Shown one piece after another: positions 19,076 through 28,868 of a DNA stretch of 64,000 bases. Position numbers and translations under genes: made by a program. Position 1 is the first letter of the stretch. Every line of letters starts with the position of its first letter. Under the pieces are notes generated by a model that was given only the letters and a program-made list of their open reading frames with translations, was not told the DNA's origin and made no database searches. This stretch comes from Terriglobia bacterium. GTDB lineage: Bacteria; Acidobacteriota; Terriglobia; JAIQFV01. The stretch covers positions 120,375 through 184,374 of the forward strand of contig JAIQFV010000007.1 of the NCBI GenBank assembly GCA_020073085.1, given 5' to 3'.

Positions 19076-20173
19076 GTGGACAACGGGTCGGAAAGGAAGC
19101 CTGGTGTGATGGCCGCGGTTGAAGCGCGATGGTGGACCCCTCTCAACGACCATAAGGTCGTCTGCACCTTGTGTCCCCGCTCCTGCAAGATCGGGGACAA
19201 TCAAGCCGGTTTTTGCTACATCCGCCGGAACGAAGGAGGGAGACTGCTCACCCTCGGCTATGGTCAACCCGCTGCGATCCATGTGGATCCAATTGAGAAG
19301 AAGCCCCTTAATCACTTCTTGCCCGGGACCCAGATCTTCTCCATGGGAACGGCGGGGTGTAACATGGGATGCTTTTTTTGCCAGAATTGGAATATCTCAA
19401 AAGCCAGATCCGACCAGGTGAACTCCTCCCTGCTGTCCGCGGAGGCCGTCGTGGAGTCCGCCCTGTACAGCGGCTGTTCATCCCTCGCGTTTACTTACAA
19501 CGAACCGACCATCTGGGCGGAGTATGTGATTGACATCGCCAAGGTCGCGCGCGAGCATGGCTTGAAAACAGTGATGGTGACCAATGGATACATCTCGCCC
19601 GAGGCGTTTGACGAGGTTTACCAGTGGATCGATGCGGCCAATGTGGACTTGAAAGCCTTCACAGAGCATTTTTACTCCCATCTCACCCTGACGCATCTCA
19701 ACCCCGTCCTGGAGACCCTGAAGCGGTTGAAACAGGACACATCGGTGTGGTTCGAGATCACCAACCTCATGATTCCCACGCTCAATGATTCTGAGGATGA
19801 AACGAAGAAGCTGGCAGACTGGATTCTGGAGAACCTGGGCGACCATGTGCCGCTGCATTTCACCGCATTCCATCCGGACTTCAAGCTGCGGGACAGACCC
19901 CGAACCCCTCATAGCACGCTCCATCGCGCCCGCCACCTGGCGATGGAGCGGGGGATGAAGTTCGTGTACGAGGGCAACGTCATGTGCGAGGAATCTCACA
20001 CTACGTATTGCCCACATTGTCGGAAGGCCTTGATTCGGCGCTCGTGGCACGATCTGAAGGCGTATGAGCTGACCCCTGAAGGGGCCTGCCGATACTGTGG
20101 GACCCAGATCCCCGGTCATTTCTCTCGAATCACAAGAGCGAGGAGGGCGACTTCTCGATTTGATGTCCAGTAA
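19076..20173 (+). CDS. AmmeMemoRadiSam-system radical SAM enzyme (PFL-activase-like)
   Basis: CNMGCFFC (CX3CX2C) plus an N-terminal Cys cluster (CTLCPRSCKI...FCYIR). GTG start at 19076, with an alternative ATG at 19109. Confidence 0.85.
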   Translation: MDNGSERKPGVMAAVEARWWTPLNDHKVVCTLCPRSCKIGDNQAGFCYIRRNEGGRLLTLGYGQPAAIHVDPIEKKPLNHFLPGTQIFSMGTAGCNMGCFFCQNWNISKARSDQVNSSLLSAEAVVESALYSGCSSLAFTYNEPTIWAEYVIDIAKVAREHGLKTVMVTNGYISPEAFDEVYQWIDAANVDLKAFTEHFYSHLTLTHLNPVLETLKRLKQDTSVWFEITNLMIPTLNDSEDETKKLADWILENLGDHVPLHFTAFHPDFKLRDRPRTPHSTLHRARHLAMERGMKFVYEGNVMCEESHTTYCPHCRKALIRRSWHDLKAYELTPEGACRYCGTQIPGHFSRITRARRATSRFDVQ

Positions 20174-21029
20174 TCTACCATCCACACTTCACCTGGGAAC
20201 GTCCAGTTGGTCATCCACCGACTGGGTCGGCGTATTCTATCCTGCAGGTACCCCATCTGCTGAGTTTATTGAAGAATATGCCCGGCATTTCCATACCGTT
20301 GAGATCGATTCCACCTGGCACCACATGCCGGGGCCGCGCATGATCGACTCCCTCAACCGCAGGACCCCCGAGGGGTTTATCTTTTCGGCCAAGGTGCCGG
20401 AGGTCATCACCCACAAGAAATATCTCGTGGATTGCGACGCGGAAATGAAGCAGTTTCTGGAGGTCATGGCCCCCCTGGGTGAAAAGCTCGGCCCGCTGGT
20501 GCTTCAGTTTGCGTATGTGGCCAAGGGAAAAGACGCCCACGAGTACAAGACCGGTGAGGACTTCATTGGACGGCTTCGGGATTTCCTGCCCAAGTTGTCA
20601 AAGGACTTCCGGTATGTCGTCGAGGTCCGCAATGGGAATTGGCTGAAGCCCCCGCTCCTGGACTGTCTCCGAATGCATGGGGTCGCCCTCGCCTTGACGG
20701 CGTATTACACCATGCCGGCGCTCGACGAGATCCTGAAGATGGGGATCGAGCCGCTCACCGCTGACTTTGCATTTGTCCGGTTTATTGGAAACCGCAAGGA
20801 GATTGATGATTTGATCAAAACGAAGATTGAAAGCGGCGAGAAAAAGAAGGAATTTGATGAACTCGTTCTCGATCGGACGGCCGAGATGCGGCGCTGGATT
20901 CCGCCGCTGGCGAGCCTGCTCCAGAAAGGAATTCCCGCCTATCTCTACTTCAATAACCACTATGCCGGGCACGCCCCGGCTTCGGTGAGATTGTTTGAGA
21001 AACTTTGGTTGGAGATGATGGGGGCCTGA
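20163..21029 (+). CDS. DUF72 family protein
   Basis: LGTSSWSSTDWVGVFYP...YARHFHTVEIDSTWHHMP pattern. The start is set at ATG 20163. Confidence 0.85.
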   Translation: MSSNLPSTLHLGTSSWSSTDWVGVFYPAGTPSAEFIEEYARHFHTVEIDSTWHHMPGPRMIDSLNRRTPEGFIFSAKVPEVITHKKYLVDCDAEMKQFLEVMAPLGEKLGPLVLQFAYVAKGKDAHEYKTGEDFIGRLRDFLPKLSKDFRYVVEVRNGNWLKPPLLDCLRMHGVALALTAYYTMPALDEILKMGIEPLTADFAFVRFIGNRKEIDDLIKTKIESGEKKKEFDELVLDRTAEMRRWIPPLASLLQKGIPAYLYFNNHYAGHAPASVRLFEKLWLEMMGA

Positions 21030-21044
21030 AAAACACTCGGCCCT

Positions 21045-21075
21045 TTCGGATTTCGGAGTGCAGAATTCGGAGTGC
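21045..21075. repeat. Short tandem direct repeat TTCGGAGTGC (two full copies and one partial copy)
   Basis: ttcggagtgc occurs at 21052..21061 and 21066..21075. A partial ttcgga copy lies at 21045. The repeat sits between convergent genes. Confidence 0.7.
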
Positions 21076-21117
21076 GGATTGACCTGCTCCTGAAAACTGA
21101 CGAGACAGCAGCTCGGT

Positions 21118-21378
21118 TTATTCCTTGATTCGCTTCAATTCATATACTGCCCGGTTGGTGGCGTCCGGACAGGCGACTACCGAGAGTTCCTTGTTTTCCG
21201 CCCAAGGAAGGGAACCGCCCGTCTGCATCATGACCAGGGTTGGATAAATTGTATGGAACGCCGAGGCACAGAAATTCGCCGGCGTTTTCCCCTCGCTGAT
21301 CGTCCAGCTGTCCCCCACTTTGAATTCTTGAGGGCATTTCCCTTCAATTGACTTGATACTCACAACAACCTTGTGCAT
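21118..21378 (-). CDS. TIGR04076-like small protein
   Basis: MHKVVVSIKSIEGKCPQEFKVGDSW...FCASAFHTIYP pattern. The start is set at ATG 21378. Confidence 0.55.
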   Translation of the reverse strand: MHKVVVSIKSIEGKCPQEFKVGDSWTISEGKTPANFCASAFHTIYPTLVMMQTGGSLPWAENKELSVVACPDATNRAVYELKRIKE

Positions 21379-21600
21379 AAATAGCCTCCTCCAAAAAGTA
21401 CACCTATTTTCTTCTATTTCAGAGGAGTCGTAAACCTGTTTGTGAGGAGGAGAGGGGACAGATCCCAAGAATCTGCAGGTGTCACTTTAGTGGAAGAGCC
21501 CTGCAAGGACTGGATGGCAAGTCATTCAAGGGGGCTTTCTTATGGAAATCAAGATCCTGCTTCAATCGAATGAGTGAGCAACGAGAACGAACCCAATCGA

Positions 21601-22476
21601 TCATTTTTCCTGAGCCTGAGTGGTTTTGTGAGGACCCATCTCCGTCTGCGGATGAGCTTCAGCGGCCCTGGAGTCGAACAGGTTCAGATCCATCAAATGT
21701 CTTGGATGTACGTTGCCCAAGGCCCCCAACAGACTCTTTTTAATCATCGGATATTCCCGTTCGAGATCCAGCAAAAGCTTCTTCATTCGCCGCCGCTTCA
21801 AGGAGTCATCTCCGCACACCGGACAATTACAGCACACGATGGGATACCGCGGCCGATGTGTCGCCGGGTCGACTTGATAAGCGTACGTGGCAAGGTCCTT
21901 TTCAGCGACGTAGATCAAGGGACGAATCACAACGGATTCGCCATTATCTGCGACGAGCCGGGGCGGCATGGAGGCCAGCCGCCCCTCAAAGAAGAGGTTG
22001 AGAAGCAGAGTTTCGACGGCATCGTCGGCGTGGTGTCCCAGGGCGATCTTATTGCAGCCCAGTTCCCGGGCTGCTCGATAAAGCACGCCGCGCCGGATCC
22101 TCGCACAGAAAGAGCAATAAGTGACTCCGGGCTCGATTTTTTCCTCGATCATTTGATACGAGTGGGAATGATAGACCTTATATTCAAAACCACGGGACTC
22201 CAAGTAATCAGCCACCCAGTCGTAACGAAAATCCTTGAACCCCTGGTCCACGTGGATGCACACCAATGAAAACTTCACGGGCGCACGCCGTCGGAGCAGT
22301 TCGAGGACCTCCAGCAGGGTCCAGCTGTCCTTGCCCCCGGAAACGGCCACGCCGATGCGATCGCCATCCTCAATCAACCGATAGTCCCCGATCGCCTTCC
22401 CGACCAGGTGGAGCAGTCGCTTCTCGAGTCTGCCCCGGTTCACGTTTCTTTCAGGACGAATGAGAGTGCAAGTCAT
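21601..22476 (-). CDS. ttcA: tRNA 2-thiocytidine biosynthesis protein
   Basis: PP-loop motif VSGGKDS plus the CSFCARIRRG and CCNCPVC motifs. Confidence 0.9.
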   Translation of the reverse strand: MTCTLIRPERNVNRGRLEKRLLHLVGKAIGDYRLIEDGDRIGVAVSGGKDSWTLLEVLELLRRRAPVKFSLVCIHVDQGFKDFRYDWVADYLESRGFEYKVYHSHSYQMIEEKIEPGVTYCSFCARIRRGVLYRAARELGCNKIALGHHADDAVETLLLNLFFEGRLASMPPRLVADNGESVVIRPLIYVAEKDLATYAYQVDPATHRPRYPIVCCNCPVCGDDSLKRRRMKKLLLDLEREYPMIKKSLLGALGNVHPRHLMDLNLFDSRAAEAHPQTEMGPHKTTQAQEK

Positions 22477-22698
22477 CGCTCTTCGTTCTCACAATCCACA
22501 GATTTATCCTCTTTCGGGGGGGCGCTCCTTTGCTCAATGGGTCAAGGGAGCGCCCGGACGAACCAAGGGCCTGAAGCCAACTCGATCGGTGCTTGCCGGC
22601 CCACCATCTGTATTCATCGAGCCGTTCGAGACATGACCCGGCGGACAGGGCCCCGAGACCACTGCGGTTCTCTTGGACGGACCTGATTGGGGCTGATC

Positions 22699-23646
22699 TC
22701 AGGCCGATGCAGTTTGGGCCTTCCCGGACTTTTCTTTCAGAGCACGGATCTCGTCGGCATGCGTCGAATCGTGGTCCGTGTGAACCTTTGCCAAGCCTTC
22801 GATTGTTATCTCGCCGCGCTCTGCATCGATCCCTGTCCGCTGCCAGCTCTTTTGTGGAAGAGCGCGGAGCAGGGTCAAGGTATCGGCTCGAAGGCGCTTG
22901 AACTCTTTCAGGGTGTTCGTCAGGTCACGTTCGTTGTATCGCAGCTTGACGGCCAGCTCTTGGCTGTCGACGGCCGCCAGCGCGGGCTTGTCAGCATTAG
23001 CGATCCTGACATAGCGAGTAAGAAAGACCTGCTCGGTGTCTGCCAGATGAGCGAGGAATTCCATAATCGACCATTCTCCGGGCGAGGGCTTGCGGCGGAG
23101 CACCTCCTCGGAGACGCCCCTAACTTCTGACTCGATACGCTTCCCGCCCTCTTCAAACTTCTGGAGAACCTGGTTGCGAACCTTGATGTGCTCAATCTGG
23201 CCCAGGTGCGCCTCATCATTCCCGACAGCCTGGCGCCGGAGAACGATCTCGAGGGTCAATGGGCCATCCGTCTCGTGGACTCCAGCCCGCTCCCATTGTT
23301 CATCCTTTACGGATTTCAGTAGTTTCAAGGTGTCCTTGCGCAACCGTTTCCAGTCCCGGAGCACATCGCTCAACTTCATCCTGCGATATTCCGACTCGAG
23401 GGCATAGGCATCGCCATCGATATTCTTGAGTGTCGGATTCTCCTCGTCCAGGATCCGTCGATACCGGGCAATATATGCGTCTCGCTCCATGTCGCGCATA
23501 TGGCAGACGATCTCCTGGATTGACCACTTGCCGGGGGAAGGGGTCCACAATAAGAGTTTCCGGGGAACCCCTTTCAGGCTCGCCGTGAGTCTTTCAGGGG
23601 TCTGCTTCACGATCTCAAAATAGCGTTCATGTTCACTGGTGTCCAT
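22699..23646 (-). CDS. DinB-family protein with two tandem DinB-like units
   Basis: Two repeats of about 150 aa, each with spaced His residues (HMRDMERD...HLGQIEH and HLADTEQV...HADEI). Confidence 0.75.
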   Translation of the reverse strand: MDTSEHERYFEIVKQTPERLTASLKGVPRKLLLWTPSPGKWSIQEIVCHMRDMERDAYIARYRRILDEENPTLKNIDGDAYALESEYRRMKLSDVLRDWKRLRKDTLKLLKSVKDEQWERAGVHETDGPLTLEIVLRRQAVGNDEAHLGQIEHIKVRNQVLQKFEEGGKRIESEVRGVSEEVLRRKPSPGEWSIMEFLAHLADTEQVFLTRYVRIANADKPALAAVDSQELAVKLRYNERDLTNTLKEFKRLRADTLTLLRALPQKSWQRTGIDAERGEITIEGLAKVHTDHDSTHADEIRALKEKSGKAQTASA

Positions 23647-23750
23647 GATGACCTCCGTTGATTAGTCTAAATTCCATGGCGGGGTACCTTAAGGGATTCA
23701 CACCTCAAGTGAAACCTTCAAGGATACGAACGTTGCCCCGCCCGGGCTCA

Positions 23751-24461
23751 CTAGATTCTGGCCTTCAGCCACTGGGCGATGTGTGGAATCGAGCGGACGG
23801 GGAACTTGTGTCCGCCTTTGTACACACTGAATTCCACTTCGGCTGCGCGCTCGGCAAGCATCGGCTCAAAAGTCCGGGACCGCTCCAGGGGATAAAAACG
23901 ATCATGCTCTGTGGCAATGTGCAGCACGTCCGTCCTCGATTTGTGATACCCCCCATCGACCCAGTTTCCCGGAATCCCGCCACACACAGCGACAATACCG
24001 CGCACGGTGTCAGGATTGGAAAAAGCAAAGCGATAGTTGAGAGACACGGGCTGGGAGAACCCCATCAAAAAGACCCTCGAACGATCCACAGGAACTTCGC
24101 TCGAAACGGTCTCGATCAATTTCCGCAAATTGCAATGATGCAGCGCGATGGATTCGACGTCCTTCCATCGGGTAGCCCAGCAGAAACCGGTTCTTAGTTC
24201 CCCGCTCGTTTCGACCGCAAACCCGTCCACCCCGAACGGATAACTGAATTGGTAGGGCCCCTGGAGGGAGGCGATTGCCACATCGCGGTCGTTAATCTGC
24301 TTCGCGATGTCCATCATGGACTCCTTGTTTCCGCCATACCCATGGAGTGCGATCAAGAGAGGCAAACCCCGGCCGTTCGATCGGGACTCTTGCTCCGGAA
24401 GATGAAGGTCATAGTAGATCCGGATCGATTGTTCAAAGGACTTTTCCAAAAGAGACCTCAA
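23751..24461 (-). CDS. Alpha/beta hydrolase (carboxylesterase/phospholipase family); start uncertain
   Basis: Contains LLIALHGYGGN and a nucleophile-elbow-like VFLMGFSQP. The ORF extends to 24695 but would then overlap the upstream E1 gene. I chose the TTG at 24461 tentatively. Confidence 0.65.
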   Translation of the reverse strand: MRSLLEKSFEQSIRIYYDLHLPEQESRSNGRGLPLLIALHGYGGNKESMMDIAKQINDRDVAIASLQGPYQFSYPFGVDGFAVETSGELRTGFCWATRWKDVESIALHHCNLRKLIETVSSEVPVDRSRVFLMGFSQPVSLNYRFAFSNPDTVRGIVAVCGGIPGNWVDGGYHKSRTDVLHIATEHDRFYPLERSRTFEPMLAERAAEVEFSVYKGGHKFPVRSIPHIAQWLKARI

Positions 24462-24486
24462 TCCGTCGGGCGCCCTCGGCCGGGGT

Positions 24487-26667
24487 TCAATACATCGCCA
24501 GCTCCATGATCTTCCTGTACAGGGTGTCGACTTGAGGAAGGATGACATCCTCGAGCGCCGGGTTATAAGCGACAAAGGTATCCATGGCGCCCACCCGCTG
24601 AACGGGGGCATCCAGGATCTCAAACAATTCCGTCCCGATGCGTGCGGCAATCTCCGCGCCATATCCAAACGAGAGGCAATCTTCATGGGCCACAATCACG
24701 CGGCTAGTCTTGGAGACTGAGGTGGCGATGGTTTCCCAATCATAGGGACTGAGGGACCGCAGGTCGATCACTTCCACGCTGACGCCGCTTTCTTCCGCCT
24801 TTCGTGCGGCCTGTACGGCGCGAACAACCAGAGCCCCATAGGTGATGAGGGACAGGTCGGAGCCCTCCCGAACAACCCGGGCCTTTCCCAGCGGGATCAT
24901 GTAGTCCGGGCCGGGATTGATTCCGCGGTTGTGGCCCTGCCGATAAAGATGCTTGTGTTCGAGGAAAAGCACGGGATCATCGCATCGAATCGACGTCCGT
25001 AGCAGCCCGTTGGCGTCCTCAGCGGTCGAGGGCATGACGACCCGCAGCCCCGGGATGTGCGTGTACAACACCTCGCCCGACTGGCTGTGATACACCGCCC
25101 CACCCTGCAGATACCCTCCGATAGTGACCCGGACAACGACGGGACACTTGAAACTGTTGTTGGACCGCCACCGGATCGTGGCCAGCTCGTTGCGAATCTG
25201 CATGTAAGCAGGCCAAATGTAATCAAAAAACTGGATCTCTACCACCGGCTTCAACCCTCGCGTCGCCATCCCGATCGCACGGCCGACGATGTTGGCTTCA
25301 GCGAGCGGTGAATTGAAAACTCGATCCCCCCCAAACTTGCGTTGAAGCCCGTAGGTCACTTTGAAGACACCGCCCTTGCCCTTCAACTGCTCCAGTTTTT
25401 CCTCGTGGCTGCAATCGGCCACATCCTCTCCGAAAACCACGATCCGTTCATCCCGGGACATTTCCGATTTCAGGCAGGAGTTGAGCAAATCGACCATGGT
25501 CTTGGGCTCACCTGAAGGGCGCGGTTCCGTGCTAAACACCTCGGATGTGGGATCGACATCCGGCGAATAAACGAAGGAATGGACGGAATCCCGGGAGGGC
25601 ATTTCCGCGGCCAGGGCCCGATCGACATCGGTTTGAATCAAGCTATCGACCTCGTCCCGGACCGCCTCAATCTCAGCTGCTACTAAAACGCCTTCATCGA
25701 TCAATCTCATAGCCAGCCGGGTAATGGGATCCCGTTGCGCCTCCTCGGAACGCTCCTGGGAAGTCTTGTAAGCTTGCTCGTCGTCTGAGAGCGAATGGGA
25801 GTATGGCCGGACGACGTGGGCGTGCACAAGCGAGGGCCCCCGGCGTTCCCGCGTATAAATGACCGCACGCCGCATGACGTCGTAACAGGCCGCTGCTTCA
25901 CTCCCGTCAACCTCCTCAACATAGAGGTTGGGAAAGTCACGAACCAGCCGCGAGATGGATCCGCCGGCGGTTTGTACATCCACCGGGACCGAGATCGCAT
26001 AGCCGTTGTCCTCAACCAGATAGAGGACCGGGAGCTTCAGATTGCAGGCTGTGTTCAACGATTCCCAGAACTCCCCCTCGCTGGTGGTTCCCTCGCCTAA
26101 TGAAACGTAAGTCACCTCATCAGAATGAAAGGTCTCCATGCGCGATTTTAAATCACCGATCCGGGGGATACGGTAACTCGCCTCGGCACAGCCGACGGCC
26201 TGCAGGCACTGGGTGCCGGTCGGGGAGGATTGGGAGACGATGTTCAGCCGATCGCTTCCCCAGTGGGATGGCATCTGCCGCCCCCCCGAATTCGGGTCGT
26301 CCGCCGCGCCGACGGCCCCCAAAAGCATTTCATAGGGGGTCATTCCCAACGCCAGACACAAGGCACGATCACGATAATAGGGATAGAACCAGTCGTAACC
26401 GGCACGCAAATGCAGGGCCGCCGCCACGAGGGGTGCTTCGTGCCCGGCGCCACTGATCTGAAAGTAAATCTTTTGCTGCCGCTTCAGCTGGATCTCCTTG
26501 TCATCCAGGCGCCGGGACAAAAGCATGGTCCGATAGAAGAAGAGCCACTGCTCCCTGTTCAATCCATTCCACGAGCCGCCGCGTGATTTGGCCTTCGACT
26601 GGGGTTCGATTGAGGCTTTCGACATTCCGCTCCTCACACCCGGGCGACCCGACAGGTCGCCCCTCAT
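24487..26667 (-). CDS. TPP-dependent 2-oxoacid dehydrogenase E1 component, fused alpha and beta subunits
   Basis: The N-terminal half is E1-alpha-like ([23 protein letters not shown]). The C-terminal half is E1-beta/transketolase-like ([18 protein letters not shown]). Confidence 0.85.
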   Translation of the reverse strand: MRGDLSGRPGVRSGMSKASIEPQSKAKSRGGSWNGLNREQWLFFYRTMLLSRRLDDKEIQLKRQQKIYFQISGAGHEAPLVAAALHLRAGYDWFYPYYRDRALCLALGMTPYEMLLGAVGAADDPNSGGRQMPSHWGSDRLNIVSQSSPTGTQCLQAVGCAEASYRIPRIGDLKSRMETFHSDEVTYVSLGEGTTSEGEFWESLNTACNLKLPVLYLVEDNGYAISVPVDVQTAGGSISRLVRDFPNLYVEEVDGSEAAACYDVMRRAVIYTRERRGPSLVHAHVVRPYSHSLSDDEQAYKTSQERSEEAQRDPITRLAMRLIDEGVLVAAEIEAVRDEVDSLIQTDVDRALAAEMPSRDSVHSFVYSPDVDPTSEVFSTEPRPSGEPKTMVDLLNSCLKSEMSRDERIVVFGEDVADCSHEEKLEQLKGKGGVFKVTYGLQRKFGGDRVFNSPLAEANIVGRAIGMATRGLKPVVEIQFFDYIWPAYMQIRNELATIRWRSNNSFKCPVVVRVTIGGYLQGGAVYHSQSGEVLYTHIPGLRVVMPSTAEDANGLLRTSIRCDDPVLFLEHKHLYRQGHNRGINPGPDYMIPLGKARVVREGSDLSLITYGALVVRAVQAARKAEESGVSVEVIDLRSLSPYDWETIATSVSKTSRVIVAHEDCLSFGYGAEIAARIGTELFEILDAPVQRVGAMDTFVAYNPALEDVILPQVDTLYRKIMELAMY

Positions 26668-26676
26668 TAGATTCCC

Positions 26677-28713
26677 TTACTTTGTCCTGTTGGAGATCTG
26701 ATATTCGACGATCCGACCCGCAATAGCACTGGCGGCGACCGTATAAGGACTCGCGAGGTACACTTGTCCGGGGCCACTGCGGCCCGGGAAATTCCGGTTC
26801 TGCGAACTCACACTGACCTCTTCCTTGGACTTTGACGCGCCGGGACCTGCATTGATGCAAGCCCCACAACTCGGTTCAATGATCTCGGCCCCGACCTCCT
26901 GAAAGAGCCGAGTGTAGCCCATCTGCTCGGCGTATCGCCGCGTCTCCTGGGAGCCAAATTGGATGTAACACCGTACTTCCGGGGCCACATGCCTGCCCTG
27001 AGCAAGCGCCTCTTTGAAAACCCTGGCATACATGTCCATGTCTTCGTTCTTACCGGCCGTACAGGAGCCGCCGTACGCAATGTCAATTCTCACTTCCTCC
27101 TGCAACTCATCAATAAAGATCCCGTTTCCGGGATCTCCCGGCAACGCCACCATCGGACGAAGCCGACTGGCCTCGATTTCGATGACGGTGGCATACTGAG
27201 CGCCCGGGTCACCGGACCAACCTTCACAGTACCTTTCAGCTTGCGAACGCGGCATTTCCCGCCGCTCCACCAGAAAGTCCACTACTTTTTGGTCAGGCGC
27301 TACGATTCCCGTGAAGCCTCCGACTTCCGCCGCCATGTTGGTCAATGTTGCCCGTTCGTCAACCGAGAGGGCCTCAATCGCCTCGCCCGCATACTCGATT
27401 ACTTTGCCCAGGGCTTCTCCGTTTTTCACATAGGGCATGCGGAGGATTTCGAGAATCATGTCCTTCGCCGTGACGTTGTCCGGTTTCCTGCCATGAATGA
27501 CGATCTTCACGGTTTCCGGGATGCGAACGCGAACATCCTTCGTAATCCAGGCGTTGAACACATCCGTCGTGCCGATCCCAAAAGCGATACACCCGATTGC
27601 CCCGCTGTGTGGAGTGTGACTGTCGCTGCCCACCACGACCTGACCGGGGAGGGCATAGCTCTCCAAAACCTTGCTGTGGCAAATCGCCTCGCTCCCCTTT
27701 CGATCACTTAATTCCCCATGGACGCGAATCCCCTGAACCTCAGCAAACAACTGTTGTTTCCGCTTCAACTCGAAGGCGAGGTCCAATAGCCCCATCTTGA
27801 CCCGTTCCACCGGCATCACATCATCCAGAAAGGTCAGATGATCACGAAAGAAAAGGATCGATGAAGGGTCGTTTACTCTTTCGTTTTTCCCGACCAACTG
27901 CTCAAAGAAGATTGCGGCCATGGGAGTGACATACTCATGGCTGAACCGCAAATCGGCTCTCACAAATCCCGAATCACCCGGCTTCACCGCAGGGACCCCA
28001 ATGTCATCCTTGGCCAGGTCGACAACCATGTGCCTTGCAAAAATCTTCTCAGCAAGCGTCATTGGCCTCGGCTGCGTTTCGAGGTTCGGAAGGCGCACCC
28101 GGCCCTGGATGCGCGCCACGTTAAAGTTAAAAAGCCCTCCGTATTCGACAATCTGGCGGGTGATCTCATCCTCACCGCGGGTGAACTCCTCGAGCGGAAT
28201 CTCCTCTCCCTGCCGGATCTTCTCAATGACATCAAAATTGGTGGTCACGTACAGTCCAAGGTTCTGACAATTCTGCTTGTAGATGCGCTCGATATTTTCC
28301 GCCACGATCACACGGATTCCTGCACACATCTCAGCATAAGGGGATTGCTCCCGGCTGGAGCCTTTTCCGCGGCGCTTCCCTGCCACTGCAGCGACAAATC
28401 CGCCTCCCTTTACAGAACCCCGGGTGACTGGAAATTCTTCACGATTGACGCCACCCTCCGTCGCAGTGCATTTCAAACCCAAATAGGGAAAATCTCCCAG
28501 GGTCTCGTCAAAGTAATAGCAGATATAGGCCGGAGTAATCTCATCGGTGGAGATGTTGTCTCGCAGCTTAATGGAAGGGTCCCAAGCCAGGTCACTGCCC
28601 CCCAGCTGCTTTTTCAAGAGCTTGGAGTCCTCAGTGAGGAAAAGAACTCGCCCGCTCAGCCGGACTCCTGGAGGGCGCCGGTTCACCTCACGGGTGAGTA
28701 ATGAGGAAATCAT
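26677..28713 (-). CDS. Aconitase-family Fe-S hydratase with an N-terminal swivel (LeuD-like) domain followed by the catalytic (LeuC-like) domains
   Basis: LRDNISTDEITP and GKGSSREQSPYAE are LeuD-type motifs. They are followed by AEKIFARH, GSDSHTP, GGSCTAG and CGACINAGPG, the LeuC/aconitase cluster ligand motifs. Confidence 0.8.
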   Translation of the reverse strand: MISSLLTREVNRRPPGVRLSGRVLFLTEDSKLLKKQLGGSDLAWDPSIKLRDNISTDEITPAYICYYFDETLGDFPYLGLKCTATEGGVNREEFPVTRGSVKGGGFVAAVAGKRRGKGSSREQSPYAEMCAGIRVIVAENIERIYKQNCQNLGLYVTTNFDVIEKIRQGEEIPLEEFTRGEDEITRQIVEYGGLFNFNVARIQGRVRLPNLETQPRPMTLAEKIFARHMVVDLAKDDIGVPAVKPGDSGFVRADLRFSHEYVTPMAAIFFEQLVGKNERVNDPSSILFFRDHLTFLDDVMPVERVKMGLLDLAFELKRKQQLFAEVQGIRVHGELSDRKGSEAICHSKVLESYALPGQVVVGSDSHTPHSGAIGCIAFGIGTTDVFNAWITKDVRVRIPETVKIVIHGRKPDNVTAKDMILEILRMPYVKNGEALGKVIEYAGEAIEALSVDERATLTNMAAEVGGFTGIVAPDQKVVDFLVERREMPRSQAERYCEGWSGDPGAQYATVIEIEASRLRPMVALPGDPGNGIFIDELQEEVRIDIAYGGSCTAGKNEDMDMYARVFKEALAQGRHVAPEVRCYIQFGSQETRRYAEQMGYTRLFQEVGAEIIEPSCGACINAGPGASKSKEEVSVSSQNRNFPGRSGPGQVYLASPYTVAASAIAGRIVEYQISNRTK

Positions 28714-28868
28714 CGTGATAACCCTTTAGATGGAAACCTGGTCTTTTCTCAAACCCCTATTATACCCAATCCGCTGAAAACCGGGATGATTTGCCGGGGC
28801 CCGCGCGGCGTAGCCGGCGAACAGAGACCGCTGGAGAGAACGGCAGGAACCGTGTCACGCCCGAACGA

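Noticed and set aside
22688-22720. GGGGCTGAT resembling the 5' end of tmRNA.
   Set aside because: The similarity ends after 9 nt. The sequence runs straight into the 3' end of the DinB-family coding region on the opposite strand. No tRNA-like or tag-reading-frame features follow.
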